A stretch of 64,000 bases of DNA from Octopus vulgaris (Eukaryota), in assembly GCA_951406725.2 (NCBI GenBank), contig OX597839.1, positions 19,096,001-19,160,000 on the forward strand, given 5' to 3'. The notes beneath the pieces are model-generated. The model was given only the letters and a program-made list of their open reading frames with translations, had not been told where the DNA came from and did no database searches. The position numbers and the translations under genes are program-made. This document shows positions 42,137-54,810 of the stretch, piece by piece; the first letter of the stretch is position 1, and each line of letters starts with the position of its first letter.

Positions 42137-42619
42137 TGCACACACAGCATACATACATATAGATATATAAATATGTATATATATGAATCTTAACACACAC
42201 ATACATATCTCTTTATCTGTTTCTATTCATATCTATTTCTATACATGTATAAAGAGACCAATAGAATAAGTACTTAGCTTACAAAGAATAAGTCCTGGGG
42301 TCGATTTGCTCGACTAAAGGCGGTGCTCCATCATGGCCGCAGTCAAAGGACTGAAACAAGTAAAAGAAAATGAGCAAAAGAATATCTATAATGAGTGTGT
42401 GTGTGTATGTATGTGCGTAAAATACGACATTTGGCATAATGTTCCCGTCCCAACAATATAACGATAACCGAATTTTATAGACTTAACTAGAATTTCCTAT
42501 TAGCTTTCGTGGTAGGTAACCATTGTCGTTATAGAATTTTAGATTCTACATATTAGGGATACCTAATAGCTGTTTTGCATTTCATATAAGGAGTTCAGAT
42601 CAGCATGAAACATCATGAG

Positions 42620-43200
42620 ATTATTTATTCCTTCAAAATTCCTTCGTTGTAGTTAGTTATCGATAACATTTTTTCTCTACGTTGAAATGAGTTTTTCTTA
42701 TTTCTTGAACAACAAAAGATAAAAGTCGGGATGATTAGAAGAGAAAAAAAATGTGGTGTTTCGATGTCGTCCCTGTTTCTGAATGTGGTAATGTTTACAG
42801 GTTTATCTGAAGATACGAAAATCTGTATTTGGTTGGGTGAATATGTAAGGTGAGGTTGAAATTCCCAGCCTAATAAATTTATCGTTTCTTGGGTCATCTT
42901 CACTGGATGTGGCCTTATAGCATCATCGTGATGCAGGATGACAGCTTTCCTCTTGACTTCACCAATAACATTTTTTCTACACCTAAAACAGTTTTCTAAT
43001 TTCTCGAGCAAAAAACGAAAAATGAGTTTGTTTAGAAGAGAAAAATAATTTGATATTTATAGTATCCTCATATTGCACGATGCCTCCTTTCCTTTTGACC
43101 TGAGCTCGTCTCATGCTGAGCAAAACTCCAACGGCACGTTCAAAATGATGATGCTTTTACGTTTGTTTCACTAATTCGTAGTGAGTAATATCTATTGTGT
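42620..43200 (-). pseudogene. Degraded mariner transposase
   Basis: VILHHDDAIRPH...LGWEFQPHLTYSPN resembles mariner LLHDNARPH...LGWEVLPHPPYSPD; upstream boundary approximate. Confidence 0.7.
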
Positions 43201-43424
43201 CTCACCAAACAGTAAGATCTGGCTTCGATGTCGGAATTGGATTTCCGTTTGGTGATAGTCACCGCTTCTTACGTGTATTGTTGGTATAGATTATCTGTTT
43301 CTCATCGTTCGTTACAACTCGACGAAAAAAAAAAAAAACTTGTTTGTTCATTTCCGAATAAAAATGATGATTCCTAATAGAGGTGATGGTGCTTTCTTGG
43401 TAGTGGTACCGTTGTTAGAGTAAC

Positions 43425-43700
43425 ACATTGTTTAAAAGAATACTCTCATTTAAAAGAGTACTCTTGTTTAAAAGGGTACTCTTGTTTAAGAGGGTACCCG
43501 TGTTTAAAACGGTATTCTTGTTTAAAAGGGTACACTTGTTTAAAGGGTTACCTTGTTTAAAATGGTTTTCTTGTTTAAAAGGATACCCTTCTTTAAAAGG
43601 GCACACTTGTTTAAAAGGGTACCCTTGTTTAAAACGGCATTCTTGTTTAAAAGGCCACCCTCGTTTAAAAGGGTACACTTCTTTGAAAGGGTACTCTTGA
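43425..43700. repeat. 18-bp minisatellite, ~15 copies, consensus CTTGTTTAAAAGGGTAC(T/A)
   Basis: Visible tandem units; 6-aa periodicity in overlapping ORFs. Confidence 0.9.
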
Positions 43701-44237
43701 TACACACTGAATCACAGTAATTCCTTCTGATTACATTAAGTGTCCATGTGTCTATGTAACAGTTGGTCACTTAGAACTCATTCTGATTTTAGCACAAGGC
43801 CAGCAATTTTGAATGAAGGGGCAAGTCGATGACATCGACCCCTATATTTAACTGGTATTTATTTTATCGAATCCGAAAGATGTCACTTCACTTCACAATA
43901 TGAAATATTACTTGTTCACTTGTAGTGCTCCCATGGGATTGAACCTGGAATCACGTGGTTAGGAGGAACAGTTATCACACAGCCACGCTTGTATATAAAT
44001 ATATTTTTACCTGTTTTGATCATTAATCTGTGGCCATGCTGCAGCACTGGTTCGAAGGATTCAGTAAAATAATTTAATCTCAGTACTTATTTTTGTTGCC
44101 AAATGGTGGTGGGGACAAACAAACAAATACACACACACACATACATATATACATATACGAAGGGCTTCTATCAGTTTCCGTCTGCCGCATCATCACACAA
44201 GGCTTTGGTCAGCCTGAAGTATAATAGAAGACTCTTG

Positions 44238-44420
44238 CCCAAGCAAGTAACATTCGAGCAAGTGCCACAGCTTAGCAAGCGCTAACATAGCAAGTACGAA
44301 CTAAACAAGTTCTCAGTTTCGGCAAGCGCCCAACTCACCAAGTCCCGTAAATATAGCAATTGTCTCAAATCAACAAGTGCTTGCTAAGTTGTGGCATTTG
44401 CTGAAATGTTACTTGCTGGG
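44238..44420. mobile_element. MITE-like element with ~45-bp imperfect TIRs and repeated AGCAAGT motifs
   Basis: Left CCCAAGCAAGTAACATTCGAGCAAGTGCCACAGCTTAGCAAGCGCT; right end reverse complement CCCAGCAAGTAACATTTCAGCAAATGCCACAACTTAGCAAGCACT. Confidence 0.65.
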
Positions 44421-44475
44421 CTTTTACTTGCTGTGTTGTAGTGCTCCCATGTAATGTATGGTTGTTTTCATTACT

Positions 44476-46200
44476 TTAACGTTTTTGCTTATCTTGTATA
44501 TCAGATATGATAAAGACGACATATTTCCCTGAAGTCCCTGAATCGTATATGATAGACATTCCGCATTTCTTTCAACAACCAAACTAACTTGGGCCTTACG
44601 AAAGCTTGGTATTATTTAGAACTTATGAAACAAGGGCTGGTTAAAAGTCTGAAGACAAACACGGGGATTTAAGACAAACTCATGAAAATGCTTTGGACAG
44701 GGCAAAGGGTTAAATAGTTAAATAAGATTAAATAGTTAGATTAAATAAGATTATCTGGCTTAACCCTTTGCCTGCCCTGTGTATTACATGTGACACGCAG
44801 GACATATTTCACTGGTATCTATGCATCATATAAGGATAGACATCCCCAATTTTCTTCCAATCATCACCAAAAATAATTTGGGACTTATGGAAGGAAAGCT
44901 CTATATTACACAACGTATGAAACAAGGGCTAAGTAAAAGTATGAAAATATGCATGGATGTTGAGGATAAACTTACCAAAATGGTTTGGATCGGCGAAGAG
45001 TGAGATCAGTCCTGATTCAGAAAATATATGTTCGAAGACGCCCCAGATCTGACCACTGTATCCTGTTATTTTATTTTCAGGCAGAGGAATAAATTCTTTC
45101 TAATTTGGCACAAAACCAGTAATTTTGAGCGGAGTGGGTCGAAGTCTAGAAAAACAAGAATGGACGTATAAGACAAGCTTTGGACAGACAAAGGATTTCG
45201 TAACTATTAAATAAGATTAGCTGATCTTTCATAAATGGGCCTGACCCTTATCTTTTCCTATATATATATATATATATATATATATCTAATGTGAAGCAAA
45301 GGATATATTTCCATTGTATCCATCCATCAAATAGAATACGCATTCCAAATTTTCGCATCCGCCAGAATAACTTGGGGCTTATGAAAGGAAAACTTTATAT
45401 TGTTCCGAACATATGAGAAAAAGGTTAAGGAAAAATCTAAAAACAAGCAGAGATGTTTGAGACAAATTTATGAAAATGCTTTGGACTGGCAAAGAGTTAA
45501 ACAGCTGTTAAATAAGATTAGCTGATTTTTCAGAAATGGTATAACCCTTTGCTTATCCTCTGTGTCACGTGAGATACCAGACATATTTACCTGGCATTCA
45601 TGCATTGCATATGATACGCATTCCGATTTTTTTTCCAACCACCAAAGTAACTTGGGACTTATGATAGGAAATCTTTGTATTACTCAGAACATATGAAACA
45701 AGAGTTAACTAAAAACCTGAAAAAAAAGCAAGGGCGTTTAATGCAAATTTAGGAAAATGCTTTCGACAGGCAAAAGCACTAGTCCTGTTCCGGCAGATAT
45801 ATGATCAAAGACACTCCAGGCGTGACTGTGCTAAAACTTTTATTTTATTTTTAATTTCAGGTACATGAAAATATTCTCTCTAATTTGGAAGAAAAGCAAT
45901 AATTTTGAGGCGAGGTGGGGCAAAGAAAATGTCTGAAAATAAACATTGACGTTTAGGATAAACTTTGGAGAGAGAAAGAGTTAAATATAACTAATTCTCC
46001 AGTTATATGATCAACGACGCTCCAGGCGTGACTACACTATGTTTACTTTACTCTATTTTCAAGCAGAAAAATAAATTCTTTTTAATTTGGCGATAAACCA
46101 GCAATTTTGAGGTAAGCCGTGGGGGTAAGAACCTGAAAACAAACATGGAAGTTTAGAACAAAGTGTGCCAAATGTGTTGGACAGGCAAAGAGTGAAAGAA
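44476..46200. repeat. Diverged higher-order tandem array of ~240-bp TTAA-type MITE-like units and ~200-bp spacer units
   Basis: Unit A near 44476, 44760, 45241, 45541; unit B near 45005, 45780, 45995. Confidence 0.7.
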
Positions 46201-46495
46201 GTAGGGTACAATTTGAGGGAATGTGGTTGCTATTTCTTGATTATCAAGTGACCATGTATCTCTTTCTGGGTACGTTTTTTTAGTGGTGGTGGTAATGTTA
46301 TGATGACGGCAGTGATGGTGGATGTTCCAGTTGGGGGTGAATAGTGGTGGTAATTTTATAGACGTGTATGGGGGGATACTAAGAGGATTAGTAGTGAGTG
46401 GAAGCGGCACTGGTGGCAATGGTGAGATCTTATGACGTTCAGGAACATAATCTTGTTATTATATATGAAGGTATATATCAGTGTCACTGTGTCTT

Positions 46496-46526
<31 letters not shown>

Positions 46527-46565
46527 AAAAGAGAGTCTGTGTTTATACGTCCCTCTCTCTCTCTG

Positions 46566-46655
<90 letters not shown>

Positions 46656-46766
46656 CATATATATTTATGTATGTATGTATATCAATATTTAAATATATAT
46701 ATATATATATTTCTGTATGTGCATATTGTGTATATACACATACACACACATGTCTCTCTCTCTCTC

Positions 46767-46806
<40 letters not shown>

Positions 46807-47214
46807 CATATATATATATACATACATACATATATACATACATACATATATACATACATACATACATATATACATAGATACATACATACATACATAGATA
46901 CATACATACATATATACATACATACATACATATATATATACATACATATATATATATACATACATACATACATACACACATATATATATATAGGCACATA
47001 TACATGCATGATCGCGTCATTTTCATAACATGACATTTTTACAACTGGTTAAACTATCAAGACACACACGCAAACCCCGACCTCCCCCAACACGCACTCG
47101 AAAGAGAGAAAAATGTTGATGTTTCGTTAAAAATCTGTTGTTTTTTCTCCATTTCTGTTATCTCATGTAAAAGTGGAAAATAAAAATAAAGAAAAAACAT
47201 ATTTACAACGTTCT

Positions 47215-47251
<37 letters not shown>

Positions 47252-47281
47252 GTGTGTGTGTGTGTGTGTATGTATAAATAA

Positions 47282-47333
<52 letters not shown>

Positions 47334-47578
47334 TGTGTGTGTGTGTGTGTGTGTATGTATATATGTATAAATAAATATATATATATGTAATATACATATA
47401 TGTATATGTATATATGTATATGTACATATATATATGTATACATATATGTGTGTGTATATATGTATATCTATATGTATATATATGTATATATATATCTGTG
47501 TGTATATGTATGTATATATATGTATATGTGTGTATATATATATATATAAATTGGTATATGTATGTATATGTATATAGG

Positions 47579-47625
<47 letters not shown>

Positions 47626-47749
47626 ACGCAATTTTTGCTTTAGAGTGATTTATTAAATGTTTGTATTTATTTGTTTACGTGTTTGGAATGTCTCCACCAT
47701 ATACCTCTACGCCAACACACATACACACACATCTATGAATGTATATTGC

Positions 47750-47811
<62 letters not shown>

Positions 47812-48058
47812 CGTGTAGAAAAATGTGTATGTGTGAATGCGTGTACAATCTGTGTGTGTACACGTGTGAAGGGAAGCGTGTAGAGAATTTATAAAATAAA
47901 TAACATTCGCCTTTACTACCATGTCAGGAGAAATAGAAGAAAAAAATCTAATAATATAAGTAAATAAAATATAATGCAAAACACAACCAAACATTGTAAC
48001 TGGCAACACCAAAATCTAATCGGTAACTACAAGTTACATATACTGACGTGTGTGTGAG

Positions 48059-48111
<53 letters not shown>

Positions 48112-48138
48112 CTGTATATATATTATATACATATATAC

Positions 48139-48184
<46 letters not shown>

Positions 48185-48199
48185 GTATATATATCTGAG

Positions 48200-48341
48200 T
48201 GTAAGTAGCTTGCTTACGAACGAAACGGATCCGGGTTCAGTCCCACTGCGTGGCACCTTGGGCGTCTTCTACTATAGCCACGGGCCGACCAAAGCCTTGT
48301 GAGTGGATTTGGTAAGCGGAAACTGAAATTAGCCCATCGTG

Positions 48342-48376
<35 letters not shown>

Positions 48377-48582
48377 ATATGTTTGCCCCCCCCCCCTCAA
48401 CATCGCTTGACAACCTATAGCAGTGTGTTTACGTCGCAGTAACTTAGCGATTCGGCAAAAAGAGTCTGATAGAATAAGTACTAGGCTTACAAAGAATAAT
48501 TCCGTGGGATCGATTTGCTCGCCTAAAGGCGGTGCTCCAGCATGGCCGCAGCCAAATGACTGAAAAAAATAAAAGAGTAAAG
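48200..48582 (+). mobile_element. SINE family B
   Basis: Head remnant, core and tail present. Confidence 0.8.
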
Positions 48583-49351
48583 AGAGAGAGAGTATCGTTG
48601 TAGGTTTGTTGTTTACTTTAATAAATCCAAGGCAGAGTTGGCAGAACCGTTAGCTCGCCAAGGAAATGATTACCGGCATTTTGTCTTTCATCATGCTCTG
48701 AGGTTCAGCTTCTGATGAGGTCCAATTTGCCTTTCATCATTTCAGGGTCGATAAAATAAGAACAGATCGAGAACTAGGGCTGATGTAGTTAATTTAAAAC
48801 CCATCACAAATTTGCTGACCCTACGCCAAAATTTGAAGCAAATAAATACGAAATCCTGTGTCTTCGGAAAGATTAGAATTCTAATATGCAGTTCAAGATA
48901 TTTATTGGAAAGAATAGTATCCACTTCTCTGCTGATGTTTCACTCGCAGTTTCTGGAAAATTCGTTGTATTCTTCCGCTTAAGTCAAACGTCGGAATTGG
49001 TGAGTTGAAATTTCAAGTACCAAAAGTATCTCGAGAAAGCGATAAGTCCTCTTGAAACTTTACTCAAATCTTATAATTATTTCTCTTGTGTTACTATTAC
49101 TGCTTTGCTATGCTATAATTTATGCAAAGACACCGAATTAAACGCATTCATTAACATGCATACACACAAAGTTATATATCATACGTATATATATACAGTA
49201 CATAATATATGTATTATACGCCTGTAGATGTAGTACATATAGACAATTATACAAATTCACATAGCTATGATATCTTATCTGTCTATCTATCTATCTATCT
49301 ATCTATTTATATATGCATCTATCAATCTACCCATCTATCTGTATATATATA

Positions 49352-49695
49352 CCAGCAAAACTCTCCAATGGACGGTGCTGGGATGTCAAACATTTAAACC
49401 AAATTTTCTTAAAACAACTTGTCCGATCGTCCCATACGCCTCCCTTTTGGGAAACACTGATTTAAACTAAATTTGAGACACTAGCAAAAGAAGAAATAAA
49501 GATAGACTTTTTTCTATTCCAAAGAAAGACGATTTTATTCACTTTATCGATCGCATTCTCACCTGGAATTAATTTTTGTAATTTTTTCAAGACTTATACA
49601 AGCGCTGATACCGTCGGTATCTACATATCAAATTTGAGCGCAATCGGATGGAGGATGCCCGAGATCCTAGAAGACACTCAGACAGACAGAACGGA

Positions 49696-49700
<5 letters not shown>
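49352..49700 (-). mobile_element. Probable non-autonomous Helitron-like element
   Basis: Minus strand starts in a TA run followed by TCTGTCTGTCTG and CCGATTGCGCTCAAATTT, and ends CTGG|T. Confidence 0.45.
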
Positions 49701-49742
<42 letters not shown>

Positions 49743-49793
49743 ACTATCAGCTAAGCCCGGTTTCATCCGATCGGTTTGGTAGATGTGGCTGTA

Positions 49794-49920
49794 AAAACTG
49801 TCCGACGAACGGGAACGTGAAACTCCGAGTGACAGCTTTTGTTAAATTTCTGCTGCTTTATTAAATAAAGCGTATTACTCTACCTCTGCTCTTGTTTCAC
49901 ATTTATATGTTTACTCCAGT
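49794..49920 (+). mobile_element. Hammerhead-bearing element family H3 (motif 49798-49835)
   Basis: CTGT-CCGACGA-ACG-GGAA-CGT-GAAA-CTCCGAG-TG-ACAG; homologous to 54377-54522. Confidence 0.6.
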
Positions 49921-49958
<38 letters not shown>

Positions 49959-49974
49959 TAATGTGTGTGCATAC

Positions 49975-50188
49975 TTTTATTCGTTTCAATCATTTGACCT
50001 TGGCCATGCTGGAGCACCGCCTTTTGTCGAACAAATTGTCTCCAGGACTTATTCTTTTGTAATACTTACTCTATCGGTTTGTTTTGCCGATGCGCTAGGT
50101 TACGGCGACGTAAACATCGACATCTATCGTCAAGCGATGGTGAGCGAACAAACACAAACATATACACACACACACATATTTATATATA

Positions 50189-50277
<89 letters not shown>

Positions 50278-50638
50278 ATATATATAAAGGGAAAGTTTAC
50301 GAAAATAAACAAAAGACAAAGACAGGTGATGTACAAAACAAACAAATGTATTAGTATAGCGCTCAGGAATAGAAAAAGTCTTTTACGTTTCGAGCCTACG
50401 CTCTTCTACAGAAAGATACACAGAAAAAAAACAAGGAGAGAAAAAATGTGTGTAGTAGCTAACGATCAATCATACGACTAGCTTCTTTCAGTTTCCAGCT
50501 AGCAAATCCACTCACCAGGCTTTTGTCGATCTAAGATTATAGTAGATGACACTTGCCCAACGTGCCACGCAGTGTGACTGAACCCAGAACAATGTTGTTA
50601 GTAAGCAAGTTACTTACCACACAACCACTCCTGCGCCT
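49975..50638 (-). mobile_element. SINE B with a family H1 element (50287-50475, motif 50379-50416) nested in its internal microsatellite
   Basis: SINE B tail and head flank the reverse-complemented H1 element. Confidence 0.75.
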
Positions 50639-51544
50639 ATATATACAGGTATCAATATATGTATATGTATATATATATTGCTATCTATCCAAATACTTAA
50701 GTACATGCATAGATACATATACACAAACGCACATATACGTATATGAAAGTACATATCAATGTATGTTTATATGAATGTATGTGCATGTATATATATATAT
50801 ATATATAACAAAGTGGATACAGGTACGGGTGTATAACGTTGGCGTGTTCGCTATATTTGTGAGTCAGACAACTAAAATAGTTTTGAAAGTAAAAATTAAT
50901 TCCAAAAGAATTTCAAGCAGAAACGAACACCACCGCAACCATCACCACCACCACCAAGAACAACCACAACAACAACAACACCGCAGCCGACGCCACAGCG
51001 ACAACAACAACAAATGGTAGCCAACTCTGACTAAAAATACTTAAAAATTAAAGTCGGAATCCATTAAGAAGCTTCACGTTTGTTTTGTGTGTGCATGAAG
51101 TGGTTCGAACGCGTTTTGCTGCCTCACAAAGAGGGGTCTCATGCGGAAAGAGATTGTGAGATTGAATTACGATTTATGTGTGTTTGATGTGATGTGTAAT
51201 TAATAATAGATTGCGCCATAAAATATATGTGACGGAATTTGTTATGTATGTATAATTACTTGGTGATATTTAATCTCTTGAAAAAAGCCAATAGATTAAA
51301 TTTGAATCCAATCAATTAACTTCGATACAAAAATAGAACTTTGCTTATACGTTTTACGCACATATGCACATACATATATACATACATATATATATATATT
51401 CACATATATACATATATATATATATACATACGTATATATTTACATATCTATACATATATTTACGCACATGTGTGTTTATATATATACAGACGTGTGTATA
51501 TATATATGTGTGTGTATATATATTATATATATACACATATATGC

Positions 51545-51582
<38 letters not shown>

Positions 51583-52549
51583 GTATATATATACATATAT
51601 ACATACATATATATATACATATATAAAAATATATATACATATATACAAACATATATACATATATACAAATATATATACATAAATTCATATATATATATAG
51701 ATGCATATATATATACGCATAAACATATACATACACATATATATATACATATATACACACACACACATATATATATACAAATATGCATGCATACATACTT
51801 GCACAGATAGATACTCACACACATACACGCAAGGACTTGGTTTTGTGTTTATATAAATGAATATATGAAATATTTACCTGTGTAAATGTATGTATAGTTG
51901 TATGTGTGTATGTGTGCAAGTGTGTGTATAATGTGGAGTAAGAGAGGGAGATGATGATGATGATGAGAAGAATAGACTGGGAGACATTCAGGGACAGAGA
52001 CAAAAAACGGAAAGACAGGCCAAGCAAACTTCAACGATAGTCACAGTTGATTGGCTAGATGTGGAAATATGGTGTGTGTGTGTGTGTATATATATATGTG
52101 TGTGTGTATGTGTGTGTGTGTATGTGTGTGTGTGTATGTGTGTGTGTGTATGTATATATAAATGTGTGTGTGTGTGTGTGTGTCTATATGCATGTATGCG
52201 TAGAAATAACGAATACGTGGTTGGTTGCTGAATGGTAAACGTGTTACCATGGAAAATCTAAAACAATTTAGTTTACTCATTTACGCAAAATTCATGTAAC
52301 TGTATCCATGGGTTAAAATATGTATGCAAATACGATGTATATATGTGTGTGTGTGTGTGTGTGCAAAATTATATATAAACATATGTTCGTTTATATATAC
52401 ATAAACGCGCACACGCAGATACAAAGACACACATACACACACATATGCGCGCATGCATAAAATATGCATGTAATTACCCAAAATTTGTGCAACAACGAAG
52501 ACAGATATAAATATGTAAATATGTGTGTGTGTGTATCTATATCTGTCTA

Positions 52550-52585
<36 letters not shown>

Positions 52586-52668
52586 TTAATACATATACAT
52601 ATGTGTGTGTGTATATATCAAGATATATATGTACATATATATACATATCATTATTATTATTATTATTA

Positions 52669-53515
52669 TTCTGCCGCGTACACCAAATGGGAATATCTAC
52701 ATGTCCCACTTCTGTGTAAATCATAAGATTTCTCTTATGATTCCTTATGGAGTTCACTTGACTCATGTTGTTGCACAATGAACCTCTCTTACCTCTCTTG
52801 CGGCTGTTCTTTAAGGCACAGCGTGCAGGTACTCCAATGTTCGCTTTCTTGGAGTCAGAAATAGGGGTCAATAGTTCTCTTATATTCATATTACGTCTAA
52901 AGGCTACAATAGGCGGCTGAGGAAATATCTGTTTGAAACGACGATGTTTTTTCATCACATGCACGAAACACGACTCAATTTGTTGTTTGTACAACAGAAC
53001 AATTAAACAAAAGGTTTAATGGGCACAGATTCAACGTCAAGCACAATAACAGTAGTTCGACAGGACTTGCCGAACATTTCGTTTCAAACGGCTGCAATTT
53101 TGAAAAAAACTTGAAAATGCTTATTCTCAGAAAATATTCTGAATCTACTTCACTTTCACTGCTCAGAATGCATGAGGAGAAATATGTTTGCGGGTTATTC
53201 ACATCACGCCCTGGGGGAACGAATAAAATGACAGGAGAGTATCATCAAATTTATACAAAACTGTTTCACTAAATATTGTTCTTTTGTCTTTTTTTTCTGC
53301 CCTTTTCTTTCCGTCTGTTATAAAATTGAAACTTAGAGACTGTTGATGTCATTCCATCAACGTGTGGCCGCTGGTTGCTCTCGTTCATACTTAAAATTTC
53401 TATAATTTTGAATTTTTATCACGGCTTATTTTGAACTTGACAAAGGCAGACTTACTGTCGAAATATCGTTCAACCAATAAAATATGTATTACAATCGAAT
53501 CCCGCTCTTCGTCTT
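52669..53515 (+). mobile_element. Penelope-like retroelement 3' fragment with inverted 5' segment (GIY-YIG plus pLTR)
   Basis: Minus 52975->52669: IFPQPPIVAFRRNMNIRELL...then GTCRYSHLVYAAE. Plus 52976-53272: TTEQLNKRFNGHR...LAEHF...EEKYVCGLFTSRPGGTN. Hammerhead motif downstream. Confidence 0.8.
53431..53473 (+). ncRNA. Type I hammerhead ribozyme motif, U3:A8 variant
   Basis: UUGAAC-UUGACAA-A-GGCAG-ACUUA-CUGUC-GAAA-UA-UC-GUUCAA: 6-bp stem I, 5-bp stem II, ~160 nt downstream of the GIY-YIG stop. Confidence 0.7.
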
Positions 53516-53532
53516 AATGATAATAATAATAA

Positions 53533-53918
53533 TCTCTCTCTATATAAACGGCAGTTTGTCTGTGTGTGTTTCTGTGTGTCTGTTAGGTTGTACCCTCACC
53601 CTGACCACAGCTTTCAACCGATTCTGATGAAACTTGACACACACATAGCCCAATGTCATAATTCAAAACTAACGCAGCGAAAATTTTGAAAAGTTCCCCC
53701 AGTTCTGAAAAAAATCGATAAATTCGACATGGGGTCGAGAATCAGAAACACAAACCACAGACTGTCTAGGGGACGCAACCCCACCTTTTTAACTCTCAAA
53801 AATAAATTTACCTTAATTTTTTTCCCCATTTTTTTGCTATTTTTTGGCTATAACTCTCTAAAAATGCTTTATAGTTATTTCCCTTACAAACCCGAGCAAC
53901 GCCGGGCGATACTGCTAG
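53533..53918 (+). mobile_element. Non-autonomous Helitron, second subfamily
   Basis: A|TC...CCCGAGCAACGCCGGG...CTAG|T; last ~65 bp shared with 57837-58348. Confidence 0.8.
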
Positions 53919-54295
53919 TAATAAATAAATAACATAAGACATTGTAGGTAAATTATATGAAATAACCAAACATCGGTAGCTTAAAATGCATTAGTTCAAA
54001 ATGGCGTCATGTAAACAAGTTCTAAATGGAAAGTAGCGGAATATAAACTTGTTGATTTACTCAATAAGCGAGATAAACCGGACATGTGTAACAAGGGATT
54101 TCGTGGCCATGAACGCTGAACATCATTTGGTTAATATCTAATAAATTCAGGAATTTGGAGTTGGTGGAATTATATTGGCTGAAACTCCTGTTGCAGTTAG
54201 ACGTACAATGGTAACGTACCCATCTTTAATATAATTATATCTATCTATCTATCTATATATATATATTTATATCTATATATCTATGTATATATATA

Positions 54296-54332
54296 CAGGA
54301 TGTCCCACATAAATGTATACACACTTTAGCAG
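54296..54332 (+). mobile_element. Isolated Tc1/mariner-like TIR fragment
   Basis: TA|CAGGATGTCCCACATAAATGTATACACACTTT; no partner TIR found. Confidence 0.4.
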
Positions 54333-54520
54333 CTGAGTTTCACGTTCCCGTTCGTCGGACAGTTTTTGTTAAAAATAAAAACTGTCCGACGAACGGGAAC
54401 GTGAAACTCAGAGTAATAGGTTTTGTTGAATTTCTGCTGCTTTTAAATAAAGCATATTACTCTACACCTGGTACTTGAGTACTCTTTTTCCACTTTGTTT
54501 CACATTTATGTGTTTACTCC

Positions 54521-54522
<2 letters not shown>
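54333..54522 (+). mobile_element. Family H3 element with perfect 35-bp 5' fold-back over its hammerhead motif (54382-54419)
   Basis: 54333-54367 is the reverse complement of 54377-54411; 9-nt loop. Confidence 0.7.
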
Positions 54523-54563
<41 letters not shown>

Positions 54564-54596
54564 GTATATATATATATATATATATACACACAAAAA

Positions 54597-54810
54597 TGTG
54601 ACCGCGTGTGTATCGTTGGCACCTTTTCTTTCCTCCGTCTTCCCTTCTTTGGATCTTTCCTTTTCCTATGTTTCTGACGAAGAGCTCCGCTCGAAACGTT
54701 AAATCATCCTTCTTTCTTTCCTTTCTTGAGCGTCCAATAACACTATATTTGTTCCACGTCCTCGCGTTGCTATGCTTTCTCTTTGTGTTTTCATGTTTCG
54801 ATTAACTACA
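54597..54810 (+). mobile_element. Family H2 element with intact hammerhead core (54671-54703)
   Basis: TTT-CTGACGA-A-GAGC-TCC-GCTC-GAAA-CG-TT-AAA; (TA)-rich flanks. Confidence 0.7.

Noticed and set aside
44238-44420. CRISPR-like repeat-spacer pattern
   Set aside because: 7-nt repeats and ~10-nt spacers are far too short, there are no cas genes, the context is eukaryotic and TIRs explain it.
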